From: Pusillimonas sp.
Lineage (GTDB): Bacteria; Pseudomonadota; Gammaproteobacteria; Burkholderiales; Burkholderiaceae_B
Direction: 5' to 3'
DNA length: 64,000 nucleotides
NCBI GenBank assembly: GCA_048270225.1
Contig: JBLWTG010000004.1
Coordinates: 86,452-150,451 of the forward strand
The notes below the pieces were generated by a model. It made no database searches. It was not told the DNA's origin and was given only the letters and a program-made list of their open reading frames with translations. The first letter of the stretch is position 1. Each line of letters begins with the position of its first letter. Below are positions 37,424-50,163 of the stretch, piece by piece. The position numbers and the translations under genes were made by a program.

Positions 37424-38362
37424 TCAGGCGATTTCCGCGCCCGGGTCGTCTTTCTTGGGTGGGGGCTTGACCATGTCTTCGCGCTTGACGCCCAGCCACA
37501 TGGCCAGGGCCGCGGCGACGAACACCGAGGAATAAATGCCGAACCAGATGCCTATCGTCAGCGCCAGTGCAAAGTAGTGCAGGGTGGGGCCGCCGAAGAA
37601 CAGCATGGACAGCACCATCATCTGAGTGGAGCCGTGGGTGATGATGGTGCGGGAGATGGTTTGCGTGATGGCGCTGTTGATGACCTCTCGAACGGACGAC
37701 TTGCGCTGTTTGCGGAAGTTTTCGCGGATCCGGTCCATGATGACGACCGATTCGTTGACCGAATAGCCCAGCACCGCCAGCACGCCCGCCAGTACGGAGA
37801 GCGAGAACTCCCACTGGAAGAAGGCGAAAAAGCCCAGAATGATCACCACATCGTGCAGGTTGGCGAGTACGCCGGCCACGGCGAATTTCCATTCGAAACG
37901 GATGGCCAGGTAGATCATGATGCCGATCACGACGCACAGCAGCGCCATCAGACCATTGTGGACCAGTTCCTGACCCACCTGGGGGCCGACGAATTCGACG
38001 CGGCGCAGCGTTACCGAGGCGTCCTGCTTGTGCAGGGCGCCCAGTACGGCATCGCTCTGGGCTGCGGAGCTCTCGCCGGTGCGCAGCGGCAGACGGATCA
38101 GGACGTCTTGGGAGGTGCCGAAATTCTGCACCTGGAAGTCGGAATAGCCCAGGCCGTCGATGGCGGTGCGGACCTTGTCGAGCTGGACGGTCTGTTCATA
38201 GTGCACTTCCATGACCGTGCCGCCGGTGAACTCGATCGACAGGTGGAAGCCGCGCGTTGCGATAAAGAATATCGCCAGCACGAAGGTAACCAGACTGATC
38301 AGGTTCAGCACCAGCGCGTGGCGCATGAAGGGGATGGTGCGATGAATGCGGAAAAATTCCAT
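37424..38362 (-). CDS. secF: Protein translocase subunit SecF
   Basis: IEFTGGT, VGPQVG, GYSVNESVVIMDRIRE. Confidence 0.97.
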   Translation of the reverse strand: MEFFRIHRTIPFMRHALVLNLISLVTFVLAIFFIATRGFHLSIEFTGGTVMEVHYEQTVQLDKVRTAIDGLGYSDFQVQNFGTSQDVLIRLPLRTGESSAAQSDAVLGALHKQDASVTLRRVEFVGPQVGQELVHNGLMALLCVVIGIMIYLAIRFEWKFAVAGVLANLHDVVIILGFFAFFQWEFSLSVLAGVLAVLGYSVNESVVIMDRIRENFRKQRKSSVREVINSAITQTISRTIITHGSTQMMVLSMLFFGGPTLHYFALALTIGIWFGIYSSVFVAAALAMWLGVKREDMVKPPPKKDDPGAEIA

Positions 38363-38422
38363 GTTTTGTCTTGCCTGTGGGTGACGAAGGCGTGGCGCTG
38401 TTGCGCCGCGCCGTGCTCAGGT

Positions 38423-40297
38423 TCAATCCTGCTTGGGTTTCCAGATCTGGCCGATGGAGATGGTGCGCAGCTTGCGCTTGCTTCCGTACCACAGGTTGAC
38501 CAGTGCGCGAACACCGACGATGGAAGAGAACATCGAGGTCAGGATGCCGATGCAGTGTACGACCGCGAAACCGCGTATGGGCCCCGTGCCGAACGCCAGC
38601 AGCGACAGGCCGACGATAAGCGTGGTGAGGTTGGAGTCGAGAATGGTGCCCCATGCGCGCTCGAAACCAAGATGGATGGCCTGTTGCGGCGGCAGGCCCG
38701 CGCGCAGCTCTTCGCGTATTCGCTCGTTGATCAGCACGTTCGAGTCGATCGCCATGCCCAGTGTGAGCGCGATGGCGGCAATGCCCGGCAGCGTGAGCGT
38801 GGCCTGCAGCATGGACAGCACAGCCAGCAGCAGAAGCACGTTGAACGCCAGGCCCAGCGTCGAAAAGACGCCGAACAGGCGGTAGTAGGCGATGATGAAG
38901 ATGGCGATCGCGATAAAGCCATACAGGGTGGAGTAAAAGCCCTTGGCGATGTTGTCGGCGCCCAGGCTGGGGCCGATGGTGCGTTCTTCGATGATTTCCA
39001 TCGGTGCGGCCAGCGATCCGGCGCGCAGCAGCAGGGCGGTGTCGGCGGCTTCCTGCGGCGACATGCTGCCGGTGATCTGCACCTGGCCGCCCGGGATTTC
39101 GCTGCGGATGACAGGCGCGGTGACGACCTGGCCCTTGCCTTGCTCGAACAGCAGGATGGCCATGCGCTTGTTGATGTTGTCGCGGGTGACGTCGCGGAAG
39201 ATGCGCGCACCCTTGGAATCCAGGGTGAGGTTGACCGACGGCTGTTGTGTCTGGTGATCGCGGCCCGGCTGGGCATCCTGCAGGTTTTCGCCGGTCAGGA
39301 TGACCTGGCGGCGCAGCAGCAGGGGGCGGCCGTCGCGGTCTTCGTAGCGTTCCAGGCCGAACGGCACCGTGCCGGCGGCGAGCGCGGCCTGCGCGGCCGG
39401 CGAGTCGTCGACCAGGCGGATTTCAAGCGTGGCTGTGCGCCCAAGGATTTCCTTGGCTTTGGCGACATCCTGGACGCCCGGCAGTTGCACAATGATGCGG
39501 TCGGCGCCTTGCTGCTGGATGACGGGCTCGGCGACGCCGAGCTCGTTGATGCGGTTGTGCAGCGTGGTGATGTTCTGCTTGAGGGCGTTGGTCTGGACCT
39601 GGGTGACTGCGGCGTCGGTCAGGCGGCTGGTCAGCACATACTTGCCGCCGTTCTCGCCTGAGCTGGTGGAGACCATTTCGGGCATGGTGCGGCGCAGCTC
39701 GGAGATGGCTGCGTCGCGGTCTTCCGTGCTGGCGAAGGTGGACACAATGGACATGTTGTCGCGCTCGACATCCGACACAGGCACCTTGGCGTTGCGCAGG
39801 GTGCTGCGCACGTCGTTGGCCATGGAGTCGTAGCGGCCGGTGAGGGCGCCCTTCATGTCGACCTGGAGCAGGAAGTGCACGCCGCCGCGCAGGTCAAGGC
39901 CCAGGTACATGGGATGGGCGTTGAGCGCGGACAGCCAGTTGGGCGAAGCCGGCAGCAGATTCAGCGCGACCGTGTAGCCCGGATCCGAGGCGTCGGGATT
40001 CAGGGTTTTTTCGATCAGGTCCTTGGCCTTGAGCTGGGTGTCGGTGTTTTGAAAACGCACACGCACCGTGCCCACAGGGCCGTTCATGTCGAAGCGGCTG
40101 GCGGTGTAGGGGATGTTGTTGCTGTGAAGCAGGCTTTCGACCCGCTCCAGCGTGCTGTTGTCTACCTTGACTGTAGCCTTGGCGCCGGCCACCTGGACTG
40201 CGGGGGATTCCCCGAAGAAGTTAGGCAGTGTGTACAGCAGGCCCAGGATCAGGGCCACCAGTACGGTGAGGTACTTCCAGAGTGGGTAGCGGTTCAT
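38423..40297 (-). CDS. secD: Protein translocase subunit SecD
   Basis: LGLDLRGG, LGVAEPVIQQQG, IGPSLG, AIDSNVLINERIREE. Confidence 0.97.
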   Translation of the reverse strand: MNRYPLWKYLTVLVALILGLLYTLPNFFGESPAVQVAGAKATVKVDNSTLERVESLLHSNNIPYTASRFDMNGPVGTVRVRFQNTDTQLKAKDLIEKTLNPDASDPGYTVALNLLPASPNWLSALNAHPMYLGLDLRGGVHFLLQVDMKGALTGRYDSMANDVRSTLRNAKVPVSDVERDNMSIVSTFASTEDRDAAISELRRTMPEMVSTSSGENGGKYVLTSRLTDAAVTQVQTNALKQNITTLHNRINELGVAEPVIQQQGADRIIVQLPGVQDVAKAKEILGRTATLEIRLVDDSPAAQAALAAGTVPFGLERYEDRDGRPLLLRRQVILTGENLQDAQPGRDHQTQQPSVNLTLDSKGARIFRDVTRDNINKRMAILLFEQGKGQVVTAPVIRSEIPGGQVQITGSMSPQEAADTALLLRAGSLAAPMEIIEERTIGPSLGADNIAKGFYSTLYGFIAIAIFIIAYYRLFGVFSTLGLAFNVLLLLAVLSMLQATLTLPGIAAIALTLGMAIDSNVLINERIREELRAGLPPQQAIHLGFERAWGTILDSNLTTLIVGLSLLAFGTGPIRGFAVVHCIGILTSMFSSIVGVRALVNLWYGSKRKLRTISIGQIWKPKQD

Positions 40298-40353
40298 GGT
40301 AGATCAGAAGCTGGAGCAGGAAAAGGCGCCTGGGGCGCCTGGAGACTGACGGA

Positions 40354-40701
40354 TCAGAGGGCCTTGATCGTGCCCTTGGGCAGGACGGAAGTGACTGCCG
40401 TGCGCTGGATGAGCGTCTCGACAGGCTTTTCGGCCAGGGTGCTGATTTCCACGGTGATGTAGTTGTCGCTGATCTTGGTGACCTTGCCCAGCAGACCGCC
40501 GGTAGTGATGATTTCGTCGCCCTTGGCCAGGTTGGCGACCAGGTTGCGGTGCTCTTTCTGGCGTTTCATCTGGGGGCGGATCATCAGGAAGTAGAGGATC
40601 ACGAACATCAGGATGATGGGCAGCATGCCCATCAGCGCGTTTTCGCTTCCGCCGGCGGCTGCCTGGGCCGTAATCGTCGTCAAGGTGTCGGTGACTGCCA
40701 T
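40354..40701 (-). CDS. yajC: Preprotein translocase subunit YajC
   Basis: YFLMIRPQMKRQKEH, GDEIITTGG. Confidence 0.95.
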   Translation of the reverse strand: MAVTDTLTTITAQAAAGGSENALMGMLPIILMFVILYFLMIRPQMKRQKEHRNLVANLAKGDEIITTGGLLGKVTKISDNYITVEISTLAEKPVETLIQRTAVTSVLPKGTIKAL

Positions 40702-40756
40702 GGATACTTTCTCCTGAAAGATTTTTGGTTAACTCTGTATTGTAGCGGGATATTTT

Positions 40757-42948
<2,192 letters not shown>

Positions 42949-43124
42949 GGAAAATCTTTGATGGCCGGCGCATGGCTGGGCGCCGGCAAGTTGTACGGTG
43001 GAACAGGCGCGCCGGAAGGGCGGGCTGGCGGTATTTTAAGCTGCGATGGCAAAAAATTGTTTATATGCTGTCCCGGCCCCGGCATCTTTGGTTATGCTGG
43101 TGCTTTTTAAGGGAAGATCGCCCC

Positions 43125-44603
43125 ATGGTACTGCAGCAGGCGCCACATCACCGCGGACGCATGATTCCAGGCGCTCTGGCCCGGCGTATCCTCCATGCGG
43201 GGTGGCTGATCGCGCTGCTGGCCTGTCTGGCGGGGCAGTTGGCTCAGGCGCAGGGTTTGCCTCCCGAGCTGGACAAGCTCTGGCGCGCCACCCGGCTGCC
43301 CGACAGTGCGCTCTCGCTCTATGTGCAGGAAATCGGCGGCCCGCCGCTGATGGCCGTCAATCCGACCGTGCCGCGCAATCCGGCCTCGGTCATGAAAATG
43401 GTGACTACCTGGACGGGCCTGTCAGGGCTCGGGCCCGACTACGTATGGCGCACCACGGCGCTGGCCCAGGGCCAGGGGCGCATCGATGCCCAGGGCACCT
43501 TGTCGGGGCCGCTGTACATCAAGGCGGGCGGCGATCCCTTTTTCACCATGCAGGATCTTTGGGTGCTGCTGCGCGAGCTGCGCATGCGCGGCGTCAAGAA
43601 CCTGACCGACGTGGTGGTGGACCGTTCCATCTTCGGCGCTGTGCAGACGGACCCGGGCGCTTTCGACGATGCGCCCGACCGCCCCTACAACGCCAGTCCC
43701 GACGCCATGATGATAGGTCTGGGAGCCGTGCGTCTGCTGTTCCAGCCTGACGTGGCGGCGCGTAAATGGATACCGGTCATTGATCCGCCTTTTCGCGGTA
43801 TCCGGGTAGAGGGCGAGGTCAAGTGGACCGACGCGGTATGCCCCGGGTCTCCCTCCATCTCCACCCAGGTATTGCCCGTGGACGGAGAGTTCGTGGTGCG
43901 TCTGGGCGGCGCGGCGGCCGGCTCCTGCGGCGAGTTCAGTGTGTATCGGGTGGCGTTGCCGCAGCAGGCCTATTTTTCCTCGCTGTTCGCGATGCTGTGG
44001 CGCGAACTCGGCGGCACGCTGGCGCGCGGTGTCAGGGCGGGGCGTGTACCGGGCAACGCCACGGTGCTGGCCTGGCATGATTCCCAGTCCCTGGGCGACA
44101 CCATCCGCTATATCAACAAGCACAGCAACAATGTCATGGCGCGCACCCTGCTGCTGACACTGGGCGCCGAGCTGTCCGGGCCGGGCGCAACGCCGCAGTC
44201 CGGCGCTTCCGCGGCGTTGCGCATTCTGGGCGCGCAGGGTGTCGATACGCGTGGTTGGGTGATCGATAATGGCGCAGGCCTGTCGCGCGACAGCCGCCTG
44301 ACGGCCCAGGGACTGGGCGGCATGCTGGATGCGGCCTGGCGTTCCCCGCTCATGCCGGAGTTCATTTCGTCTCTGGCTATCGCAGGCGTGGACGGCACGG
44401 TCAGGCGGCGCATGCGCGATGACGAGGTCAAGGGCATGGCGCATCTGAAAACAGGTACGCTGCGCGCCTCGCGGGCGTTGGCGGGCTATGTGCTGGGCGC
44501 CAGCGGCAAGCGCTATATTCTGGTCAGCCTGGTGAACGACGATCGCTCGGCTGCGGTGCGCCCCTTCGATGACGCCCTGGTGGCCTGGCTGGCGGCGCGT
44601 TGA
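43125..44603 (+). CDS. dacB: D-Ala-D-Ala carboxypeptidase/endopeptidase (PBP4)
   Basis: SxxK (ASVMK), SxN (HSNN) and KTG motifs. Confidence 0.9.
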   Translation: MVLQQAPHHRGRMIPGALARRILHAGWLIALLACLAGQLAQAQGLPPELDKLWRATRLPDSALSLYVQEIGGPPLMAVNPTVPRNPASVMKMVTTWTGLSGLGPDYVWRTTALAQGQGRIDAQGTLSGPLYIKAGGDPFFTMQDLWVLLRELRMRGVKNLTDVVVDRSIFGAVQTDPGAFDDAPDRPYNASPDAMMIGLGAVRLLFQPDVAARKWIPVIDPPFRGIRVEGEVKWTDAVCPGSPSISTQVLPVDGEFVVRLGGAAAGSCGEFSVYRVALPQQAYFSSLFAMLWRELGGTLARGVRAGRVPGNATVLAWHDSQSLGDTIRYINKHSNNVMARTLLLTLGAELSGPGATPQSGASAALRILGAQGVDTRGWVIDNGAGLSRDSRLTAQGLGGMLDAAWRSPLMPEFISSLAIAGVDGTVRRRMRDDEVKGMAHLKTGTLRASRALAGYVLGASGKRYILVSLVNDDRSAAVRPFDDALVAWLAAR

Positions 44604-44708
44604 GCGGACGGCTGCAGTCGATCATCTGGCCGGGCTTGCGTCAGGCAATAAAATAGCAGCTATCGCTGTCATCAAACAACATCGCAGGCTCTCGAGCCAG
44701 GGAACACC

Positions 44709-45347
44709 ATGCCTATCCACGAAATACGTCATCCGCTGATCCGCCACAAGCTTGGCCTGATGCGCCGCGCAGACCTCAGCACCAAGAATTTTCGCGAAAT
44801 GTCTCAGGAGATCGCCGCCTTGCTCACCTACGAGGCGATGAAGGACCTGCCGCTGGAGCCCGTGCGCATCGCAGGCTGGGCGGGGCCGCTGGATGTCGAA
44901 AAGCTTGCCGGCAAGAAAGTAACCGTGGTGCCCATCCTGCGCGCCGGTATAGGCATGCTGGATGGCGTGCTCAGCCTCATCCCCGGGGCGCGCGTGAGTG
45001 CGGTAGGCATTGCGCGCAACGAGGAAACGCTGGAGGCGCAGACTTACCTGGAGCGCCTGGCGGGACAGATGGACCAGCGCATGGCGCTGATCGTGGACCC
45101 GATGCTGGCCACGGGCGGCTCCATGGTTGCCACGATAGATCTGCTCAAGAAGGCAGGTTCTCTTTCCATCCGCGCCCTGGTGCTGGTGGCGGCTCCCGAG
45201 GGTATTGCCGCTGTGCAGGCCAGGCATCCCGATGTCGATATCTACACGGCATCCATAGACAGTCATCTGAATGAAGACGGCTATATCATTCCCGGCCTGG
45301 GCGATGCGGGCGACCGGATTTTCGGAACGCGGCAGAAAGAAACCTGA
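44709..45347 (+). CDS. upp: Uracil phosphoribosyltransferase
   Basis: [31 protein letters not shown]. Confidence 0.97.
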   Translation: MPIHEIRHPLIRHKLGLMRRADLSTKNFREMSQEIAALLTYEAMKDLPLEPVRIAGWAGPLDVEKLAGKKVTVVPILRAGIGMLDGVLSLIPGARVSAVGIARNEETLEAQTYLERLAGQMDQRMALIVDPMLATGGSMVATIDLLKKAGSLSIRALVLVAAPEGIAAVQARHPDVDIYTASIDSHLNEDGYIIPGLGDAGDRIFGTRQKET

Positions 45348-45461
45348 TGTTCCCGGTGTTTGTAACATCGATCATAATTGCTTAACTATTACCTGGGGCG
45401 AGGGCGCTTGGCACCGATGGCAAATCGGTTAGTATGAAACCTCGATGGCTTTTATCAGAGG

Positions 45462-46184
45462 GTGCCTATGCGTTCCTGGTCTAGAAATCTGGCTGGATGT
45501 CTTATTGGCCTGGCGGCCGGCCCCGCCATGGCAGGCATGTGCCAGACACCCTTTATGCATGACGGTGGCCGCGTTCAGATCGCTGGCTCGGGTGTCATGA
45601 CGCTCGGCGCCGACCTGGGTTTTTCCGAGGTCAAGAAGCAGGGTGACAACGCCTGCCAGGCGCGCGTGCAGGGTACCGCCACCTACGGCCTGGCCGGCCT
45701 GCCGGGCGGCAAGTCCAAAGTGGATTACTGGATGAGGGTCAGCAACGGCCAGGCCAGCTTCGAGCGCGACGACGGCAATGGCCGGCGCGTGCCGGTGCAG
45801 GGCAAATTCGATCTGCGCATGCTGGGGCTGTTTTCCTACGCTACGCCCATTACCAGGGCGGGGCAGACCTTTCCGGCTCAGCAGTTTCAACTTCAGATAG
45901 ACAAAAAGGGGAATGCCAAGCCCGTCGTCATCCGCACGGGTGAGCGCACGGTGGGCGAGCGCCAACGCATCCGCACGGCGGCGGGCGAGCAATCCTGCTG
46001 GCCGGTGCGCTATACGCGGGTCAGCGAGCCTACCCAGGCGTCCTTCAATGGGCTGGTGCTGCCGGTGCCAGGCATGACATCTGCTGTCACGGACTGGTAT
46101 TGCCCGGATGTCAGCATGGTGATGAAGCAGGATAGCGTGCAAAGCGGGGTGTCTTCGGTGGTTGAGGTGACGCTGGTAAAATAG
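45462..46184 (+). CDS. Exported hypothetical beta-rich protein
   Basis: Signal peptide ending GPAMA; four Cys; DWYCP motif near the C-terminus. Confidence 0.7.
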   Translation: MPMRSWSRNLAGCLIGLAAGPAMAGMCQTPFMHDGGRVQIAGSGVMTLGADLGFSEVKKQGDNACQARVQGTATYGLAGLPGGKSKVDYWMRVSNGQASFERDDGNGRRVPVQGKFDLRMLGLFSYATPITRAGQTFPAQQFQLQIDKKGNAKPVVIRTGERTVGERQRIRTAAGEQSCWPVRYTRVSEPTQASFNGLVLPVPGMTSAVTDWYCPDVSMVMKQDSVQSGVSSVVEVTLVK

Positions 46185-46358
46185 TTTTGCCGTCAGTTAA
46201 TGATTTTTTGCAGCTGATTAACGGGTTTTGACGTAAATTATTTATTGCTTGATAATAATTTATGATTTGAGATGCGCTGTCGCTGCTGTGGGGGTGGCTG
46301 TGGTGCAATAGAGGTCAGCCCCATTATTGTTTCAATCGAGTTTGATTAGGAGTGGATC

Positions 46359-46676
46359 ATGGCAACAAAGAAATCTGTTCAGACCAGCGAAGAAGAATTC
46401 ATCGACAGCGTCAAGACCAGCCTGGATGATGCCGAGAAGCTGCTGCGCGAAGCCGCCGAGGCAACCGGCGACAAGGCGGCCGAGCTGCGCGAGAGTGCGC
46501 TGCTCTCGCTCAAGCGCACGCGCGAAGCCCTGTACGATACGCAGGATGCCCTGATCGAACGCGGCCGTCATGCTGCGCGCGCCACCGACGACTATGTGCA
46601 CGACAACCCCTGGCAGGCAATAGGCCTGGCTGGCCTGGCCGGCGTGCTGCTTGGCGCCCTGATCTGCCGTCGCTGA
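46359..46676 (+). CDS. DUF883/ElaB-YqjD family membrane-anchored protein
   Basis: ATDDYVHDNPWQAIGLAGLAGVLLG. Confidence 0.9.
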   Translation: MATKKSVQTSEEEFIDSVKTSLDDAEKLLREAAEATGDKAAELRESALLSLKRTREALYDTQDALIERGRHAARATDDYVHDNPWQAIGLAGLAGVLLGALICRR

Positions 46677-46734
46677 GCGGCCGGGGCATTGCTACGGCCC
46701 CGGGCTCCCATCAATACCGGCAAGAAGGCGGAAT

Positions 46735-47154
46735 ATGGCCCTTAGACAATCGGTAGGCGATCTGGCCTGCACGCTGCTGTCCATCGTGCGCACCAGAATA
46801 GAGCTGTTCTCACTCGAAGCGTCAGAGCAGAAATCGCAATTGATCACGCTTCTGGGCATGGCGTTCGGGGCATTGCTGTTCCTCACCCTTGCCCTGTTGG
46901 TGTTTTCCATTGCAGTGGCCCTGTATTTCTGGCCGACGGAGCAGCGCTATCTGGCGTTGGGATTGCTTGCGCTGATCTACGGCCTGGTTGGCGCAGGCCT
47001 GTTCCTGGCGATCCGGCACCGCCTGCTCTATTCGCCGATGCCGTTTTCGGCGACAGTCGATGAGCTGCGACGCGATCTCGCCCTTGCGGAGCGCCTGCGC
47101 GAGCCGGCTTCTGCGGTGTCTCCGGGCGATATGCCCGGAAGAGAGCTGCCATGA
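46735..47154 (+). CDS. YqjE-like membrane protein (phage holin family)
   Basis: RTRIELFSLEASEQK followed by two TM helices; synteny with DUF883. Confidence 0.8.
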   Translation: MALRQSVGDLACTLLSIVRTRIELFSLEASEQKSQLITLLGMAFGALLFLTLALLVFSIAVALYFWPTEQRYLALGLLALIYGLVGAGLFLAIRHRLLYSPMPFSATVDELRRDLALAERLREPASAVSPGDMPGRELP

Positions 47155-47516
47155 CGCAAGACAATCGTAACAGCGCCCGCGAGCGGGCGGTGCGCATCGA
47201 GCTGGCGCGTGCCCGTGCTGCGCTCGAGCGTCAGGCGATTGCCCGCGATGCCAGGGTGTTGGCGGCCTCGCTGCGGCCTGGCGCGCTGGCACACAGCGCA
47301 TTTCCGCGTTTGTCGTCTCGCTCGCCATCGCAGTGGCTGCTGGAAGCCATTACCCTGACCCGTCGCTATCCTCTGCTGGCGTCCAGCGCTTCGGCGCTGC
47401 TCTCCGGACTCGGCAAAGGCAAGGGCAAGCGACGCTGGTGGCGCATAGGCGCAGGTTTGCTGCTTAGCTGGCAGTTGGCCCGCAACATGAGTCACAAGCA
47501 CGACGCAGATCGCTAG
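47151..47516 (+). CDS. YqjK-like hypothetical protein
   Basis: Third gene of the yqjD-E-K-type operon; ATGA overlap. Confidence 0.6.
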   Translation: MTQDNRNSARERAVRIELARARAALERQAIARDARVLAASLRPGALAHSAFPRLSSRSPSQWLLEAITLTRRYPLLASSASALLSGLGKGKGKRRWWRIGAGLLLSWQLARNMSHKHDADR

Positions 47517-47620
47517 CGGGCCATGTTCTCCGGCACTGCCATCATGGCGTCGCCGGCATTTGCCTGCTTTCCCGGCATGTACCTATTGCCCCAGGCGGCA
47601 TGTCTATAGCCCGTGCGTAT

Positions 47621-49210
47621 CTATAGCCCCAGCGTTTGCCAGAGCGCGTCCACGCGCGCCTTGACGTCGGCGTCCATTTCTATGGGCCGGCCCCATTCGC
47701 GCTGGGTTTCGCCCGGCCATTTGTTCGTTGCATCCATGCCCATTTTGCCGCCCAGGCCCGAGACGGGTGAGGCAAAGTCCAGGTAGTCGATGGGGGTGTT
47801 TTCGACCAGTACGGTATCGCGCACGGGATCCATGCGCGTGGTCATGGCCCAGATCACCTCCTGCCAGTTGCGTACATCGATATCGTGATCGACGACGACG
47901 ATGAATTTTGTGTACATGAACTGGCGCAGCACGCTCCATAGTCCGAACATCACCCGCTTGGCATGGCCGGGATACTGCTTGCGCATGGAGACCACGGCCA
48001 TGCGGTAGCTGCAGCCTTCGGGGGGAAGGTAGAAGTCCACGATTTCGGGCAGCTGGCGCTTGAGCAGCGGCACGAATACCTCGTTGAGCGCCACGCCCAG
48101 CACGGCGGGTTCGTCCGGCGGTTTGCCGGTGTAGGTGCTGTGATAGAGCGGATTGCGGCGCATGGTGATGCGATCCACCGTGAAGACCGGGAACCAGTCC
48201 TGCTCGTTGTAATACCCGGTATGGTCGCCATAGGGGCCTTCGAGCGCCATTTCGTAGCCAGTATCGGGGGGCGGAGGCGGCGCATGGATGCCGCCGGGTC
48301 CGGCTGCGGCCGGCTTCGCTGTGCTGTCTCCCGGCGTGTACGGCGGGCGCGCCCGTGGATCGCTGACGGGCAGAATATGGCCTTCGAGCACGATTTCCGC
48401 ATAGGCGGGCACGGAAAGGTCGCTGCCCAGCGTCTTGGTGAGCTCGGTGCGCGAGCCGCGCAGCAGGCCGGCGAACTGATATTCGGACAGGCTGTCGGGC
48501 ACCGGCGTGACCGCCCCCAGTATGGTGGCCGGATCGGCGCCCAGCGCGACGGCGATGGGAAAAGGCTGCCCGGGATGCGCCAGGCAATGGTCGCGGAAGT
48601 CCAGCGCGCCGCCCCGGTGGGACAGCCAGCGCATGATGAGCTTGTTGCGGCCGATGAGCTGCTGGCGGTAGATGCCCAGGTTCTGGCGTTTGGCTTTGGG
48701 GCCGCGCGTAACGACCAGCCCCCATGTCAGCAGCGGGGCGACATCGCCCGGCCAGCAGCGCTGCAGGGGGATGTTGTTCAGGTCGACATCCTGGCCTTCG
48801 AGCACGATGTCCTGGCAGGGGGCGCCCTTGATGGTCTTGGGGCTCATGTCCCACAGCGCGGCCTTGAGCTTGCCGACAGTGGCCAGGGCATCGCGCAGCC
48901 CGCGCGGCGCTTCGGGCTCGCGCAGCGAGGCCAGCAGCTCTCCGACGTCGCGCAGGGCGCTGACGTCTTCTGCGCCCATGCCCCAGGCCACGCGCTTGGG
49001 TGTGCCAAAGAGATTGGTCAATACAGGCATCTGCGCAGGCGCGTCGCGATGCATGGGCTGCTCGAACAGCAGGGCGGGGCCCTGCGCACGCAGCACGCGG
49101 TCGCTGATCTCGGTCATGTCGAGATCTGTCGACACGGGCGGGGCCAGCCTCTTCAGCTCGCCAGCGCGTTCGAGTTGCGCGATAAAGTCTCTCAGGTCAC
49201 GATATTTCAC
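47621..49210 (-). CDS. ubiD: 4-hydroxy-3-polyprenylbenzoate decarboxylase
   Basis: [45 protein letters not shown]. Confidence 0.95.
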   Translation of the reverse strand: MKYRDLRDFIAQLERAGELKRLAPPVSTDLDMTEISDRVLRAQGPALLFEQPMHRDAPAQMPVLTNLFGTPKRVAWGMGAEDVSALRDVGELLASLREPEAPRGLRDALATVGKLKAALWDMSPKTIKGAPCQDIVLEGQDVDLNNIPLQRCWPGDVAPLLTWGLVVTRGPKAKRQNLGIYRQQLIGRNKLIMRWLSHRGGALDFRDHCLAHPGQPFPIAVALGADPATILGAVTPVPDSLSEYQFAGLLRGSRTELTKTLGSDLSVPAYAEIVLEGHILPVSDPRARPPYTPGDSTAKPAAAGPGGIHAPPPPPDTGYEMALEGPYGDHTGYYNEQDWFPVFTVDRITMRRNPLYHSTYTGKPPDEPAVLGVALNEVFVPLLKRQLPEIVDFYLPPEGCSYRMAVVSMRKQYPGHAKRVMFGLWSVLRQFMYTKFIVVVDHDIDVRNWQEVIWAMTTRMDPVRDTVLVENTPIDYLDFASPVSGLGGKMGMDATNKWPGETQREWGRPIEMDADVKARVDALWQTLGL

Positions 49211-49290
49211 AGGTTGCGCCGATCAGGTTACATTTGCGGGAAGTCGGGAGGTTAACATCGACTTTCTTCATTTTATCTTTAAGGGGCTTC

Positions 49291-50160
49291 ATGGCTGTGG
49301 CAGATTCCGATTCGCTGGTCGCCCGTTCGTTGCGAGGCACATCCTATCGGCTGAGCGAGCTTGTCCATGTGTGTGCGGTATACCTGGGGATTGCCGTGCT
49401 GGTCAGCGGCGCGCTGGCCGTCATTGTGCCTTCTTTGCGCGAGCAGGCCCGCGAAATCCATGAGGCCCTGATCGCGGCGCTCAAGCCGGACGATTTCCAG
49501 GATCACGACCTTGCCACGCTGGGCCAGGTCGGCAGTGATCTGTATCTGCCCGGCAAGGCCGCCGATACCGAGGTGCCGGCCGAAGACGAACGGGCCTCGG
49601 ATCAGGCCGAGCAGGCTTCGCGGCCGCCCGCGGGCACCCAGCTCAGCTTTGCCCAGGCGCTCAGGGCGTCGGAGGCCGGCCAGCATGTGCCGGACCTCAC
49701 CAATGCCCAGGCCCAGGCGCTGCGCAGCTATATTGCGCGTAAATACCGTATCGCCTACAGCGTGGCCGGCGCGCTGGTCAATACTGTGTTTGTGGTTGCC
49801 CGTGAGCGCGACATGGATCCTCAGCTGATCCTGGCGGTCATCGCGATCGAGTCCCGCTACAACCCTTATGCGGAAAGCCATGTGGGCGCGCAGGGCCTGA
49901 TGCAGGTGATGACCAAGGTGCACAAGGATAAGTTCGAGGTCTTTATCGATGGGCCCATCGCTGCGCTCAATCCCATCGCCAATATCCGCGTGGGCACCCA
50001 GATTCTCTACGACTGCATCAAGCGCCGCGGTTCGGTGGAGGGCGGCCTGGCCTGTTATGTGGGCGCGATCGGCCCCAGCGATGGCGGCTATGGCGAGAAG
50101 GTGCTGGCCGAGCGGCGCCGCATTGCGCTGGCCTCGGGCATTCCGGTCAGGCGCGGCTAG
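49291..50160 (+). CDS. Lytic transglycosylase, SLT domain
   Basis: LAVIAIESRYNPYAESHVGAQGLMQV. Confidence 0.88.
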   Translation: MAVADSDSLVARSLRGTSYRLSELVHVCAVYLGIAVLVSGALAVIVPSLREQAREIHEALIAALKPDDFQDHDLATLGQVGSDLYLPGKAADTEVPAEDERASDQAEQASRPPAGTQLSFAQALRASEAGQHVPDLTNAQAQALRSYIARKYRIAYSVAGALVNTVFVVARERDMDPQLILAVIAIESRYNPYAESHVGAQGLMQVMTKVHKDKFEVFIDGPIAALNPIANIRVGTQILYDCIKRRGSVEGGLACYVGAIGPSDGGYGEKVLAERRRIALASGIPVRRG

Positions 50161-50163
50161 CGC

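Noticed and set aside
48262-48375. Pro/Ala-rich insertion in UbiD
   Set aside because: In-frame low-complexity loop; catalytic motifs are intact, so it is most likely lineage-level loop variation.
49291-50160. Second SLT paralog as part of the accessory system
   Set aside because: It sits among core genes (ubiD, aminotransferase) 21 kb from the first; multiple SLTs are normal.
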